DNA from: Aliivibrio fischeri ES114
GTDB lineage: Bacteria > Pseudomonadota > Gammaproteobacteria > Enterobacterales > Vibrionaceae
Reading direction: 5' to 3' (one strand)
DNA: 32,000 bases
NCBI RefSeq assembly: GCF_000011805.1
Contig: NC_006840.2
Below the pieces are notes generated by a model. That model saw only the letters and a program-made list of their open reading frames with translations. It was not told the origin of the DNA and ran no database searches. Below, piece after piece: positions 1 through 7,999 of this stretch (position 1 is the first letter of the stretch; each line of letters opens with the position of its first letter). A program made the position numbers and the translations under genes.

Positions 1-230
1 TTTTCCATCATCAAATCAGGTGGAATCCCTAAGTCTTCAGCAACACGGTTATAGCGCTGATATTGTGTTGAGTGGCAACCGGCACAATAATTCATGAAGA
101 TCTTCGCACCATTTTGTAGAGATGCTTGATCGCTAATATCATTATTCGCTTTATCTAATGGTACGTTTGCACCTGCTGCCATCGCCATTGATGGCAACAA
201 AGCAAAAAGCACTAAAATCAACTTTTTCAT
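1..230 (-). CDS. petC: Ubiquinol-cytochrome c reductase, cytochrome c1 subunit (partial, N-terminus only)
   Basis: Reverse-strand translation from ATG at 230 gives a signal peptide (MKKLILVLFALLPSMAMA) followed by ...IFMNYCAGCHSTQY with the CxxCH haem motif; start overlaps the petB stop (ATGA); runs off the window edge. Confidence 0.9.
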   Translation of the reverse strand, partial: MKKLILVLFALLPSMAMAAGANVPLDKANNDISDQASLQNGAKIFMNYCAGCHSTQYQRYNRVAEDLGIPPDLMME

Positions 231-1495
231 TTGAATGTCACCCTCTCTGGTAATGGTTTTGTGACTTCATTTTTACTGTAAATAAACAGAATAACGAAGA
301 ACATAAAGTACATCAGACTAAAGATTTGAGCTAACAGCGTATAAGTTGGTGTTGCAGGTAACGCACCTAATACACCTAATGCAATAAAGCTGATAGTAAA
401 TTGGATAATATTCAACAAGTGTAACTTGCTACGGTAACGATAAGAGCGAACCTTACAACGATCCAACCATGGAAGTAAGAACAATACGACTATCGACGCC
501 CCCATTGCTACTACCCCTAATAATTTATCAGGAACCGCACGCAAGATGGCATAGAATGGTGTGAAATACCAAACAGGCGCAATGTGCTCAGGGGTTTTTA
601 ATGGGTTTGCAGCTTCAAAGTTAGGCGGCTCAAGGAAGTAGCCTCCCATTTCAGGATTAAAGAACAACACGTAACAGAAGAAAAATAAGAAACCAGCCAC
701 ACCAATCATATCTTTAACCGTTCCATAAGGATGGAAAGGCACTGAATCAATGATGTTATATTTACTTGTGTAATATTCGTGGAACTTAAACTGTGTTTTA
801 TGCTCACCTTTATCGTCTTTTGCTTTTGGTAGTTTAGTTTCAATACCATCAGGGTTATTAGAACCAACCTCATGCAAAGCTAAAATATGAAGAACAACTA
901 GAAGTAATAAAACAATTGGTAGTGCAATAACATGAAGTGCAAAGAAACGGTTTAGCGTCGCTCCCGAAATAACATAGTCACCACGGATCCAAAGGGTAAG
1001 ATCATCACCAATAATAGGAATTGCGCCAAATAAAGAAATGATTACTTGAGCTCCCCAGTAAGACATTTGACCCCAAGGTAATAAATACCCCATGAATGCT
1101 TCAGCCATTAAAACTAAGAAGATCAACATACCAAATAACCACAACAGTTCACGCGGCTTTTGATAAGAACCATAAATTAGACCACGAAACATATGCAGGT
1201 AAACAACAACAAAAAAGGCAGATGCCCCAGTTGAGTGCATATAACGAAGTAACCATCCATAATCAACATCACGCATGATGTATTCAACAGAGGCAAACGC
1301 ACCTTCACCAGAAGGAACATAGTTCATCGTTAACCAAATACCAGTTACGATCTGATTAACCAAAACCAACATGGCCAAAGAGCCAAAGAAATACCAAAAG
1401 TTAAAGTTTTTTGGCATTGGGTACTCTGATAAATGCTTCTTATATGCATTCATCGCAGGCAGACGCTTCTCTACCCAATCAAGTAACGGTTGCAT
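227..1495 (-). CDS. petB: Ubiquinol-cytochrome c reductase, cytochrome b subunit
   Basis: 422 aa ORF, typical bacterial cytochrome b sequence (LLRYMHSTGASAFFVVVYLHMFRG, LPWGQMSYWGAQVI, LNRFFALHVIALP, PEWY-like ApVWYFTPFYAILR); sits in petABC order. Confidence 0.96.
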   Translation of the reverse strand: MQPLLDWVEKRLPAMNAYKKHLSEYPMPKNFNFWYFFGSLAMLVLVNQIVTGIWLTMNYVPSGEGAFASVEYIMRDVDYGWLLRYMHSTGASAFFVVVYLHMFRGLIYGSYQKPRELLWLFGMLIFLVLMAEAFMGYLLPWGQMSYWGAQVIISLFGAIPIIGDDLTLWIRGDYVISGATLNRFFALHVIALPIVLLLLVVLHILALHEVGSNNPDGIETKLPKAKDDKGEHKTQFKFHEYYTSKYNIIDSVPFHPYGTVKDMIGVAGFLFFFCYVLFFNPEMGGYFLEPPNFEAANPLKTPEHIAPVWYFTPFYAILRAVPDKLLGVVAMGASIVVLFLLPWLDRCKVRSYRYRSKLHLLNIIQFTISFIALGVLGALPATPTYTLLAQIFSLMYFMFFVILFIYSKNEVTKPLPERVTFK

Positions 1496-2088
1496 TAGGC
1501 TTCCCCTCCTTCATCAACCCCAACTAGGATACGAGTATCACTAAGGTACATGTGCTTAGGAACAACAAGATTCAGAGGTGCCGGAACACCTTGGAATACT
1601 CGACCCGCCATATCAAATTTAGAGCCATGACATGGGCAGAAGAAACCAGAATTAACCCCCTCAACTTGTTCACTAAAACTGTCAGGTAAATAGGTAGGTG
1701 AACAGCCAAGGTGAGTACAGATGCCAACTGCTAAAAAGATTTCTGGCTTAATTGAGCGATATGCATTTTGAGCATATTCAGGTTGTTGTTCTTCCCCAGA
1801 AGACGGGTCTCGAAGTTGACCCTCAATTTCAGTTAATGATTGTAAAAGTGCTTCTGAACGACGAACAACCCATACAGGTTTTCCTCGCCACTCAACACGA
1901 ACCATCTGCCCATCCTCGAGCTTACTGATATCGACTTCAACCGGAGCACCAGCAGCTTTCGCTTTTGCACTCGGGTTCCAAGATTTAATAAAAGGTACGG
2001 CCACCGCAGCAGCTCCTAGCCCACCAACAACAGCAGTTGTGGCGGTTAAGAAACGACGTCGACCATTACTCACTGGCGCATTGCTCAT
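1495..2088 (-). CDS. petA: Ubiquinol-cytochrome c reductase, Rieske iron-sulfur subunit
   Basis: CTHLGCSP and CPCHGS Rieske cluster motifs, TAT-like N-terminus (NGRRRFLTA). Start placed at M17 of the track ORF (MSNAPVSNGRRRF), which has GGGAG upstream. Confidence 0.94.
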   Translation of the reverse strand: MSNAPVSNGRRRFLTATTAVVGGLGAAAVAVPFIKSWNPSAKAKAAGAPVEVDISKLEDGQMVRVEWRGKPVWVVRRSEALLQSLTEIEGQLRDPSSGEEQQPEYAQNAYRSIKPEIFLAVGICTHLGCSPTYLPDSFSEQVEGVNSGFFCPCHGSKFDMAGRVFQGVPAPLNLVVPKHMYLSDTRILVGVDEGGEA

Positions 2089-2404
2089 CCAACTTTCTCC
2101 CATTTGCTCTATGTGGTTTTTATTATGTCCATACATTTACGAGCTACGGCTAACTTTCAATGGTGTGATACAACAGAACTTTACTATTCCAAACGCTCTA
2201 AAGAGGCTCAAAATTGATTCGTATATTATTAGGCTGCTGTTTTAACCCATAAATGATAAAGAAAACCTTACTTTTTGACAAGATAAAGCTACTTTTTTGC
2301 AACATTTGTGAGATATGTAGAGTTTTTGTAGTGAGATTGGAGAAAGGATAAAAAAAGAGAAAGGAATTCAAGACTTAAAAATGTTTTAAGCTCACAAAAA
2401 CAAC

Positions 2405-2432
2405 AAAAGCCCAGCATAAATGCTGGGCTTTT
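2405..2432 (-). terminator. Rho-independent terminator of rplM-rpsI
   Basis: Perfect 12-bp stem AAAAGCCCAGCA/TGCTGGGCTTTT with 4-nt loop, A/T flanks. Confidence 0.85.
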
Positions 2433-2442
2433 GACCACAATA

Positions 2443-2472
2443 CCAAAGGAGTTTTGAAACAAAACTCCTTGG
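2443..2472 (-). other. Strong stem-loop between the rpsI stop codon and the terminator
   Basis: CCAAAGGAGTTTTG aaa CAAAACTCCTTGG, 13-bp stem with one bulged base; no adjacent U-tract. Confidence 0.7.
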
Positions 2473-2482
2473 AAGCGTAAAA

Positions 2483-2875
2483 TTAACGCTTAGAGAATTG
2501 TGGTTTACGACGTGCTTTACGTAGACCAACTTTCTTACGTTCAACGCAACGTGCGTCACGAGTAACGTAGCCAGCTGCGCGTAGTGCAGGACGTAGTGAT
2601 TCATCGTATTGCATTAGAGCACGTGTGATACCGTGACGGATCGCACCAGCTTGACCAGAAATACCACCACCAGAAACAGTGATGTATAGGTCTAGTTTAT
2701 CAGTCATTTCAACTAGCTCTAGAGGTTGGTTAACAACCATACGTGCTGTTGGACGACCGAAGTAAACTTCAAGGCTGCGCTTGTTGATTACGATGTTGCC
2801 AGTACCCGGTTTGATGAAAACACGAGCTGCTGAGCTTTTACGGCGACCAGTGCCGTAGTATTGATTCTCTGCCAT
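2483..2875 (-). CDS. rpsI: 30S ribosomal protein S9
   Basis: [20 protein letters not shown]...[12 protein letters not shown]; start chosen at the third codon of the track ORF by family convention and better RBS spacing from GAGG (track start 2881 not excluded). Confidence 0.97.
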
Positions 2876-2890
2876 TGCCATAATCCTCGA

Positions 2891-3319
2891 TTAAATGTCT
2901 AGTACTTGTGGTTGTTGAGCAGTGTGGTTATGCTCAGCGCCAGCGTAAACTTTAAGTTTACGGTACATAGCACGACCAAGAGGACCACGTGGAAGCATAC
3001 CTTTAACAGCTAATTCAATAACCATTTCAGGTTTACGATCGATCAGTTTCTCGAAAGAAATAGATTTTAGACCGCCTGGGAATTCAGAGTGACGGTAGTA
3101 GATCTTATCAGATGCTTTCTTACCAGTTACTCGTACTTTCTCAGCGTTGATAACGATGATGTAATCACCAGTATCTACGTGAGGAGTGTATTCTGCTTTA
3201 TGCTTACCGCGTAGGCGAGATGCGATTTCAGTTGCGATACGACCAAGAGTTTTACCTTCAGCGTCTACAACATACCAGTCACGCTTTACAGCGGCTGGTT
3301 TAGCAACGAAAGTTTTCAT
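2891..3319 (-). CDS. rplM: 50S ribosomal protein L13
   Basis: 142 aa [33 protein letters not shown]...; adjacent to rpsI as in most bacteria. Confidence 0.98.
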   Translation of the reverse strand: MKTFVAKPAAVKRDWYVVDAEGKTLGRIATEIASRLRGKHKAEYTPHVDTGDYIIVINAEKVRVTGKKASDKIYYRHSEFPGGLKSISFEKLIDRKPEMVIELAVKGMLPRGPLGRAMYRKLKVYAGAEHNHTAQQPQVLDI

Positions 3320-3356
3320 GCTAATGATACCCGTTATTAAATAATTTCACTGATTA

Positions 3357-3435
3357 GGAGCTTTCGCTCCCACTGTATATTTTTGAGCCCAGTCATCACC
3401 CCTTCGAGTGGTTGGCACTCTTGGCAATTAAGCCA
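3357..3435 (-). promoter_or_regulatory. Structured 5' leader of rplM-rpsI mRNA (candidate L13 autoregulatory element)
   Basis: On the minus strand: GGAGC-GAAA-GCTCC hairpin (3357-3370), GAGTG-CCAAC-CACTC hairpin (3406-3420), and short TGGC/GCCA pairing (3422-3435). Confidence 0.5.
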
Positions 3436-3458
3436 GTACAGTAACGGTGGGTCGCAGG

Positions 3459-3464
3459 ATTATA
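3459..3464 (-). promoter_or_regulatory. Candidate -10 element (TATAAT) upstream of rplM leader
   Basis: Perfect TATAAT on the minus strand about 140 nt upstream of rplM ATG, followed by a GC-rich stretch (CCTGCG); -35 not consensus. Confidence 0.45.
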
Positions 3465-3598
3465 GAGAAGTGTGAGGAAAAAATCACCTTTTTTTTGAAG
3501 ATATTTCACATATCGGCAAAAAAAATTAAAAAAACTGAGTTTTGAGCTCCATCACAGTAAATGAAGCTCTTAAATCACCAAAAAGTCCCTTTCTTTGA

Positions 3599-4705
3599 CT
3601 AAGATAAATGTTCTTTTGATAAGTACTCATGGCTTTGCATTTCAATCAATCTTGATTGACAACGTTGAAATTCAAACGTTAAACGGCCTTTTTGGTATAT
3701 AGAGGTTAAATCTACCTCAGCTGAGATTATCAATTTTACATTTCGCTCATAAAATTCATCAACCATAGCGATAAAACGACGAGCAGCATCATCATTTACC
3801 TCTCCCATTATTTTTACGTTAGAGAGCAAAACCGTATGATATAAACGAGAGAGTTCAATGTAATCGTGCTGACTACGAGCACTTTCACATAGAGATGCAA
3901 AATCAAAATGAACCACACCATCCCCTTCGGCTTTTACCTCTATAAGACGATGGTTAATTTCTATTTGAGTCGATTCGTAATCGCAACCAGAAGCTAACTG
4001 CAAGAAATAACCTTTCATATTAGTTTCAGCATCGCTATCTAATGGGTAATGGTATATTTCTGCCTGCTCTAGCGTTCTAAGGCGATAATCAACACCACTA
4101 TCGACATTAATAATGTCACAATGCTGCTCAATTAGAGAAATAGCAGGTAAAAAGCGAGCTCGCTGTAGCCCATTACGGTATAAATCTTGAGGTAATATAT
4201 TCGACGTAGCGACTAACGTTATCCCTCTAGCGAACAACGCCTCTAGCAACGTTGCTAAAATCATCGCATCAGTAATGTCAGAAACAAAAAACTCATCAAA
4301 ACAGATAATGTCGGTTTCTTGTTTAAATTTATCAGCAACAATAAGTAAAGGATCAGACTGCTGCTTTAGCTCTCCCAATTCATCATGCACTCGCTGCATA
4401 AAACGATGAAAATGAATCCGCATCTTTCTTTCTGTAGGTAAAGCATCATAAAAGGTATCGACTAAATACGTTTTCCCTCGACCAACACCGCCCCAAAAAT
4501 ACAACCCTTTTTCTGGAGTTAACTTTTGTGGTTTCTCTTTTTTAAAAAATCGTTTCCATGATTTTTTTGCTGGCTCTTCAGGAACTTTTAATTCTAAAAA
4601 ACGTCGATATAAATCATCAAGATGTTCTACAGCATTTCGTTGAGCGCTATCATGCATAAACCCCTCTTGATTGAGGTCTTGCTGATATTTTTCTAATGGT
4701 GTCAT
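3599..4705 (-). CDS. zapE: Cell division protein ZapE (AAA+ ATPase, AFG1-like)
   Basis: Walker A GGVGRGKTYLVD, Walker B-like IICFDEFFVSDITDA, AFG1/ZapE sequence; start at internal MTPLEKYQQDL by family resemblance (track start 4744 not excluded). Confidence 0.9.
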   Translation of the reverse strand: MTPLEKYQQDLNQEGFMHDSAQRNAVEHLDDLYRRFLELKVPEEPAKKSWKRFFKKEKPQKLTPEKGLYFWGGVGRGKTYLVDTFYDALPTERKMRIHFHRFMQRVHDELGELKQQSDPLLIVADKFKQETDIICFDEFFVSDITDAMILATLLEALFARGITLVATSNILPQDLYRNGLQRARFLPAISLIEQHCDIINVDSGVDYRLRTLEQAEIYHYPLDSDAETNMKGYFLQLASGCDYESTQIEINHRLIEVKAEGDGVVHFDFASLCESARSQHDYIELSRLYHTVLLSNVKIMGEVNDDAARRFIAMVDEFYERNVKLIISAEVDLTSIYQKGRLTFEFQRCQSRLIEMQSHEYLSKEHLS

Positions 4706-4800
4706 CACTTTTAATCTTTTCTTTTGTTGATTGACTCCCTTCATAGTAGCATGTTCTCAACACACCCTATGAGTGGGCTAACTCACAGTTACACCAATCA

Positions 4801-4816
4801 GATTAACTCGTTAATC
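4801..4816. promoter_or_regulatory. Palindrome in zapE/zapG divergent intergenic region
   Basis: GATTAAC-TC-GTTAATC, perfect 7-bp arms. Confidence 0.35.
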
Positions 4817-4855
4817 AGCCGACTCATATTAATAAAAAACGGTAAGGAGTATTTC

Positions 4856-5311
4856 ATGGCGTGGACATACGCTTTAATTGGCTTAGCTGTTGGTATTACC
4901 ATTGGCTTTATGATTTCTCGTTTTACAGTACCAGGTATTAAACACCAAAAGTCGTTAAAACAAGATTTAGAAAAATCTAAGTACGAATTGGAACAATACC
5001 GTCAAGAGTTGGTTGATCACTTCGCAACAAGTGCCACTATGCTAGAGGCATTAGCGAAAGACTTTAATAAAATGTATGACCATATGGCGTCTACATCAAA
5101 AGAATTAATGCCTAATCTTCCAGAGCAAGACAACCCGTTTTCAGCGCGTTTAGGAGAAATGACTCTCTCACCAGAGCTAAACAAAAAAGTGGCTCATGTA
5201 AAAGATGAAATTAGTAAGCAACCTAAAGATTACGCTAATGGAGCAACAGGCCTTTTAAAGGATGAGCACCGAGTTGATATCAACGCAAAAAAAGAAGATA
5301 AAATCGCTTAA
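4856..5311 (+). CDS. zapG: ZapG/YhcB family inner-membrane cell division protein (DUF1043)
   Basis: MAWTYALIGLAVGITIGFMISRFTVPG single TM then coiled-coil; start with AAGGAG RBS at 4845-4850; the upstream part of the track ORF (4724-4855) is not supported. Confidence 0.88.
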   Translation: MAWTYALIGLAVGITIGFMISRFTVPGIKHQKSLKQDLEKSKYELEQYRQELVDHFATSATMLEALAKDFNKMYDHMASTSKELMPNLPEQDNPFSARLGEMTLSPELNKKVAHVKDEISKQPKDYANGATGLLKDEHRVDINAKKEDKIA

Positions 5312-5390
5312 AACCCGAAGTTATCAATGAACTTTCTCAAAGGTTTTTGAGTCGAATAAGTACACTTTGTTTAATTAAGAGTACATTTCG

Positions 5391-6758
5391 ATGAAAAAAC
5401 CTTTGCTCGTTTTAGGTGCTTTAACTTTAAGCATCAGTGCCATCCTTACCCCTATTCAATCACAGGCAGCCTTACCTATTGCAGTTGATTCACAACAGCT
5501 GCCAAGTCTTGCTCCTATGTTAGAAAAGATCACACCAGCAGTAGTCAGTATCGCTGTAGAAGGTACTCAAGTATCTAAACGTCATATACCTGAACAATTT
5601 CGTTTTTTCTTTGGCCCAGACTTCCCCTCTGAACAAGTTCAAGAGCAGCCATTTAGAGGTCTCGGTTCTGGCGTTATTGTTGATGCAAAAAAAGGATATA
5701 TTGTTACCAACCACCATGTAATTAATAACGCTGAAAAAATATTAGTTCAATTACACGATGGACGTGAATATACCGCAGAGTTGATTGGTAGCGATGAATT
5801 GTCTGATATCGCTTTACTAAAACTTGAAGAGGCAAAAAACTTAACCGAAATAAAATTAGCGGATTCAGATAATTTACGTGTCGGAGATTTTAGTGTTGCC
5901 ATTGGTAACCCTTTTGGCCTTGGTCAAACCGTAACCTCTGGTATTATTTCAGCTTTAGGCCGCAGTGGATTAAACCTAGATAACTTTGAAAACTTTATTC
6001 AAACGGATGCAGCTATCAATAGTGGTAACTCTGGTGGTGCTCTTGTCAATCTAAATGGCGACTTAATTGGTATTAACACCGCAATATTGGGGCCTAATGG
6101 CGGCAACGTAGGCATTGGCTTTGCGATCCCATCAAATATGGTTCGTAATTTATCAGAGCAGATTTTAGAGTTTGGCCATGTTAAGCGCGGTATTCTTGGT
6201 GTTCAAGGTGGAGAATTAACACCAGAGCTAGCTGAAGCATTCGACTATGAAACCAACCATGGTGCTTTTGTTAGTCAGGTAGTTCCAGACAGTGCCGCTG
6301 ATAAAGCCGGAATTCAAGCGGGTGATATACTTATCTCTATAAACGGCAAAAAAATCCAAACTTTCGGTGAGTTACGAGCCAAAGTCGCCACTTTAGGTGC
6401 AGGTAAAAAAGTGACCTTAGGCTTGATTCGTGATGGAAAAGAAAAAACAGTTACCGCAACACTAAAAGAAGCGGAACAAATTAAAGCACAAGCTGAAAAC
6501 CTTCATAATGGATTAAAAGGAGCGGAACTACAAAACACCACTCAATCAGATCCAGTTAAAGGCGTGAAGATCAGTAATGTAGAAAAAACATCCATGGCAC
6601 AACGTTACGGTTTACAAAAAGACGATATTATTATCGGTGTTAACCGCAAACCGGTGAAAAATTTACAGCAATTTAGAAAATTACTTGAAAGTAAACCGCC
6701 TGTACTTGCATTGAATATTCAACGTGGTGAACACACGCTTTATCTAGTAATTAAGTAA
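5391..6758 (+). CDS. degQ: Periplasmic serine endoprotease DegQ/DegP family
   Basis: Signal peptide; catalytic His (TNHHVINN), Asp (SDIALLKL), Ser (GNSGGALVN); two C-terminal PDZ-like regions; adjacent to degS. Confidence 0.93.
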   Translation: MKKPLLVLGALTLSISAILTPIQSQAALPIAVDSQQLPSLAPMLEKITPAVVSIAVEGTQVSKRHIPEQFRFFFGPDFPSEQVQEQPFRGLGSGVIVDAKKGYIVTNHHVINNAEKILVQLHDGREYTAELIGSDELSDIALLKLEEAKNLTEIKLADSDNLRVGDFSVAIGNPFGLGQTVTSGIISALGRSGLNLDNFENFIQTDAAINSGNSGGALVNLNGDLIGINTAILGPNGGNVGIGFAIPSNMVRNLSEQILEFGHVKRGILGVQGGELTPELAEAFDYETNHGAFVSQVVPDSAADKAGIQAGDILISINGKKIQTFGELRAKVATLGAGKKVTLGLIRDGKEKTVTATLKEAEQIKAQAENLHNGLKGAELQNTTQSDPVKGVKISNVEKTSMAQRYGLQKDDIIIGVNRKPVKNLQQFRKLLESKPPVLALNIQRGEHTLYLVIK

Positions 6759-6761
6759 CCT

Positions 6762-6796
6762 AGAAGCAAGCACTCATTCTTTGAGTGCTTGCTTCT
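6762..6796. other. Long perfect hairpin between degQ and degS
   Basis: AGAAGCAAGCACTCA / TGAGTGCTTGCTTCT, 15-bp perfect stem, 5-nt loop; no immediate U-tract. Confidence 0.75.
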
Positions 6797-6872
6797 CCAT
6801 CCTCTACTTTTTAACTAGATTCAATGTTATCCTAATCAATTATTCTTTTTATTCATCAAGGTTAGGAAGCCA

Positions 6873-7937
6873 ATGCTCTCATTCTTATTGCGTTCAGCTA
6901 TGATAGGTATCGCAACAGCTGCGATATTGCTGTTTGCATTCCCTAACCTACGTTCAAACATCACGCTAGATCAAGGTGCGATAGAGCGAACTTCCCAGAA
7001 CAGTAAGCAAATTTCATTTAATTATGCCGTTCGTCGAGCCGCTCCTGCTGTTGTCAATATCTATAGCCGTAAATACAACGATAATGACCGTCTACGTTTA
7101 GATACAGAAGGCTTAGGTTCTGGTGTTATCGTGAGTGATAAAGGCTACATCATTACTAACTATCATGTTGTTGCCGATGCTGATCAAGTCATTGTAGCTC
7201 TTCAAGATGGGCGCTTATTTAACTCTCAATTAATTGGTAAAGATAAACGTACTGACTTAGCTGTATTACAAATTAAAGATGCTAACCTCCCTGTTATTCC
7301 ATTAAACCCAAACTATCAAGCTGATATTGGCGATGTTGTGCTGGCTATTGGTAACCCATATAACCTAGGACAAACCACAACCTTCGGGATTATTTCTGCT
7401 ACCGGACGAGCGGCGTTGAGTGCCGACGGTACACAAGGTTTAATTCAAACAGACGCAGCGATCAATCGAGGTAACTCAGGTGGCGCTCTAGTCAATACCA
7501 GAGGTGAACTCGTTGGTATCAATACCGCCTCATTCCAACAAGCCACTGAGCTAGAAACTTATGGTATTTCATTTGCTATTCCTTATGCTCTTGCGGATAA
7601 AATCATGCGTCGATTGATTGCAGATGGACAAGTGATTCGTGGTTATATTGGTATTGATGGAAGAGACATCAATCCAGCCATGGCAAGATTAATGAATGCA
7701 GATAATATAAACGGTATTTTAGTTTTAGGTGTTTCCCCAAATAGCCCAGCAGAAAAAGCCGGTATCATTACTCAAGATATAATCACCAGTATCGATGGTA
7801 AAAGTGTTACTAATAGACAAAGCGTCATTGATATCGTAACAGAGTTAAGACCCGGTACTGAAGTGGATGTTGATGTAATTCGCAAAGGGAAAACTGAGAC
7901 GATTAAAGTAACTATTGAAGAAGACCCAAACAATTAA
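6873..7937 (+). CDS. degS: Site-1 envelope-stress serine protease DegS
   Basis: N-terminal TM anchor, catalytic TNYHVVAD, TDLAVLQI, GNSGGALVN, and single PDZ; AGGTTAGGAAG upstream. Confidence 0.93.
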   Translation: MLSFLLRSAMIGIATAAILLFAFPNLRSNITLDQGAIERTSQNSKQISFNYAVRRAAPAVVNIYSRKYNDNDRLRLDTEGLGSGVIVSDKGYIITNYHVVADADQVIVALQDGRLFNSQLIGKDKRTDLAVLQIKDANLPVIPLNPNYQADIGDVVLAIGNPYNLGQTTTFGIISATGRAALSADGTQGLIQTDAAINRGNSGGALVNTRGELVGINTASFQQATELETYGISFAIPYALADKIMRRLIADGQVIRGYIGIDGRDINPAMARLMNADNINGILVLGVSPNSPAEKAGIITQDIITSIDGKSVTNRQSVIDIVTELRPGTEVDVDVIRKGKTETIKVTIEEDPNN

Positions 7938-7941
7938 TAAA

Positions 7942-7972
7942 AAAATAGCGCATTAAAAAATGCGCTATTTTG
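7942..7972. terminator. Bidirectional terminator between convergent degS and parC
   Basis: AAAATAGCGCAT / ATGCGCTATTTT stem with A- and T-rich flanks. Confidence 0.85.
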
Positions 7973-7999
7973 TATCTAAGCAATCGCAATGACTAAAGG

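Noticed and set aside
1096-1278. Plus-strand ORF inside petB, and similar antisense ORFs (2039-2245, 2392-2604, 5520-5717, 7989-8180, 8244-8459, 9892-10128, 10647-10850, 11628-11894, 12380-12598, 14399-14593, 17574-17759, 19500-19685, 20267-20452, 20556-20780, 21206-21544, 21463-21672, 26058-26261, 30220-30402)
   Set aside because: Mostly opposite-strand shadows of strong coding genes (a few partly intergenic or overlapping an rpsI/petA end), with low-complexity or composition-biased products and no recognisable domain.
3540-3580. GAGCT...AGCTC inverted repeat as a zapE terminator
   Set aside because: Only 5-bp arms with a 16-nt loop, although T-runs occur further downstream; not strong enough to annotate.
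4724-4855. 44-aa N-terminal extension of the zapG ORF, overlapping the zapE N-terminus
   Set aside because: The conserved start MAWTYALIG has an AAGGAG RBS; the extension covers the intergenic dyads.
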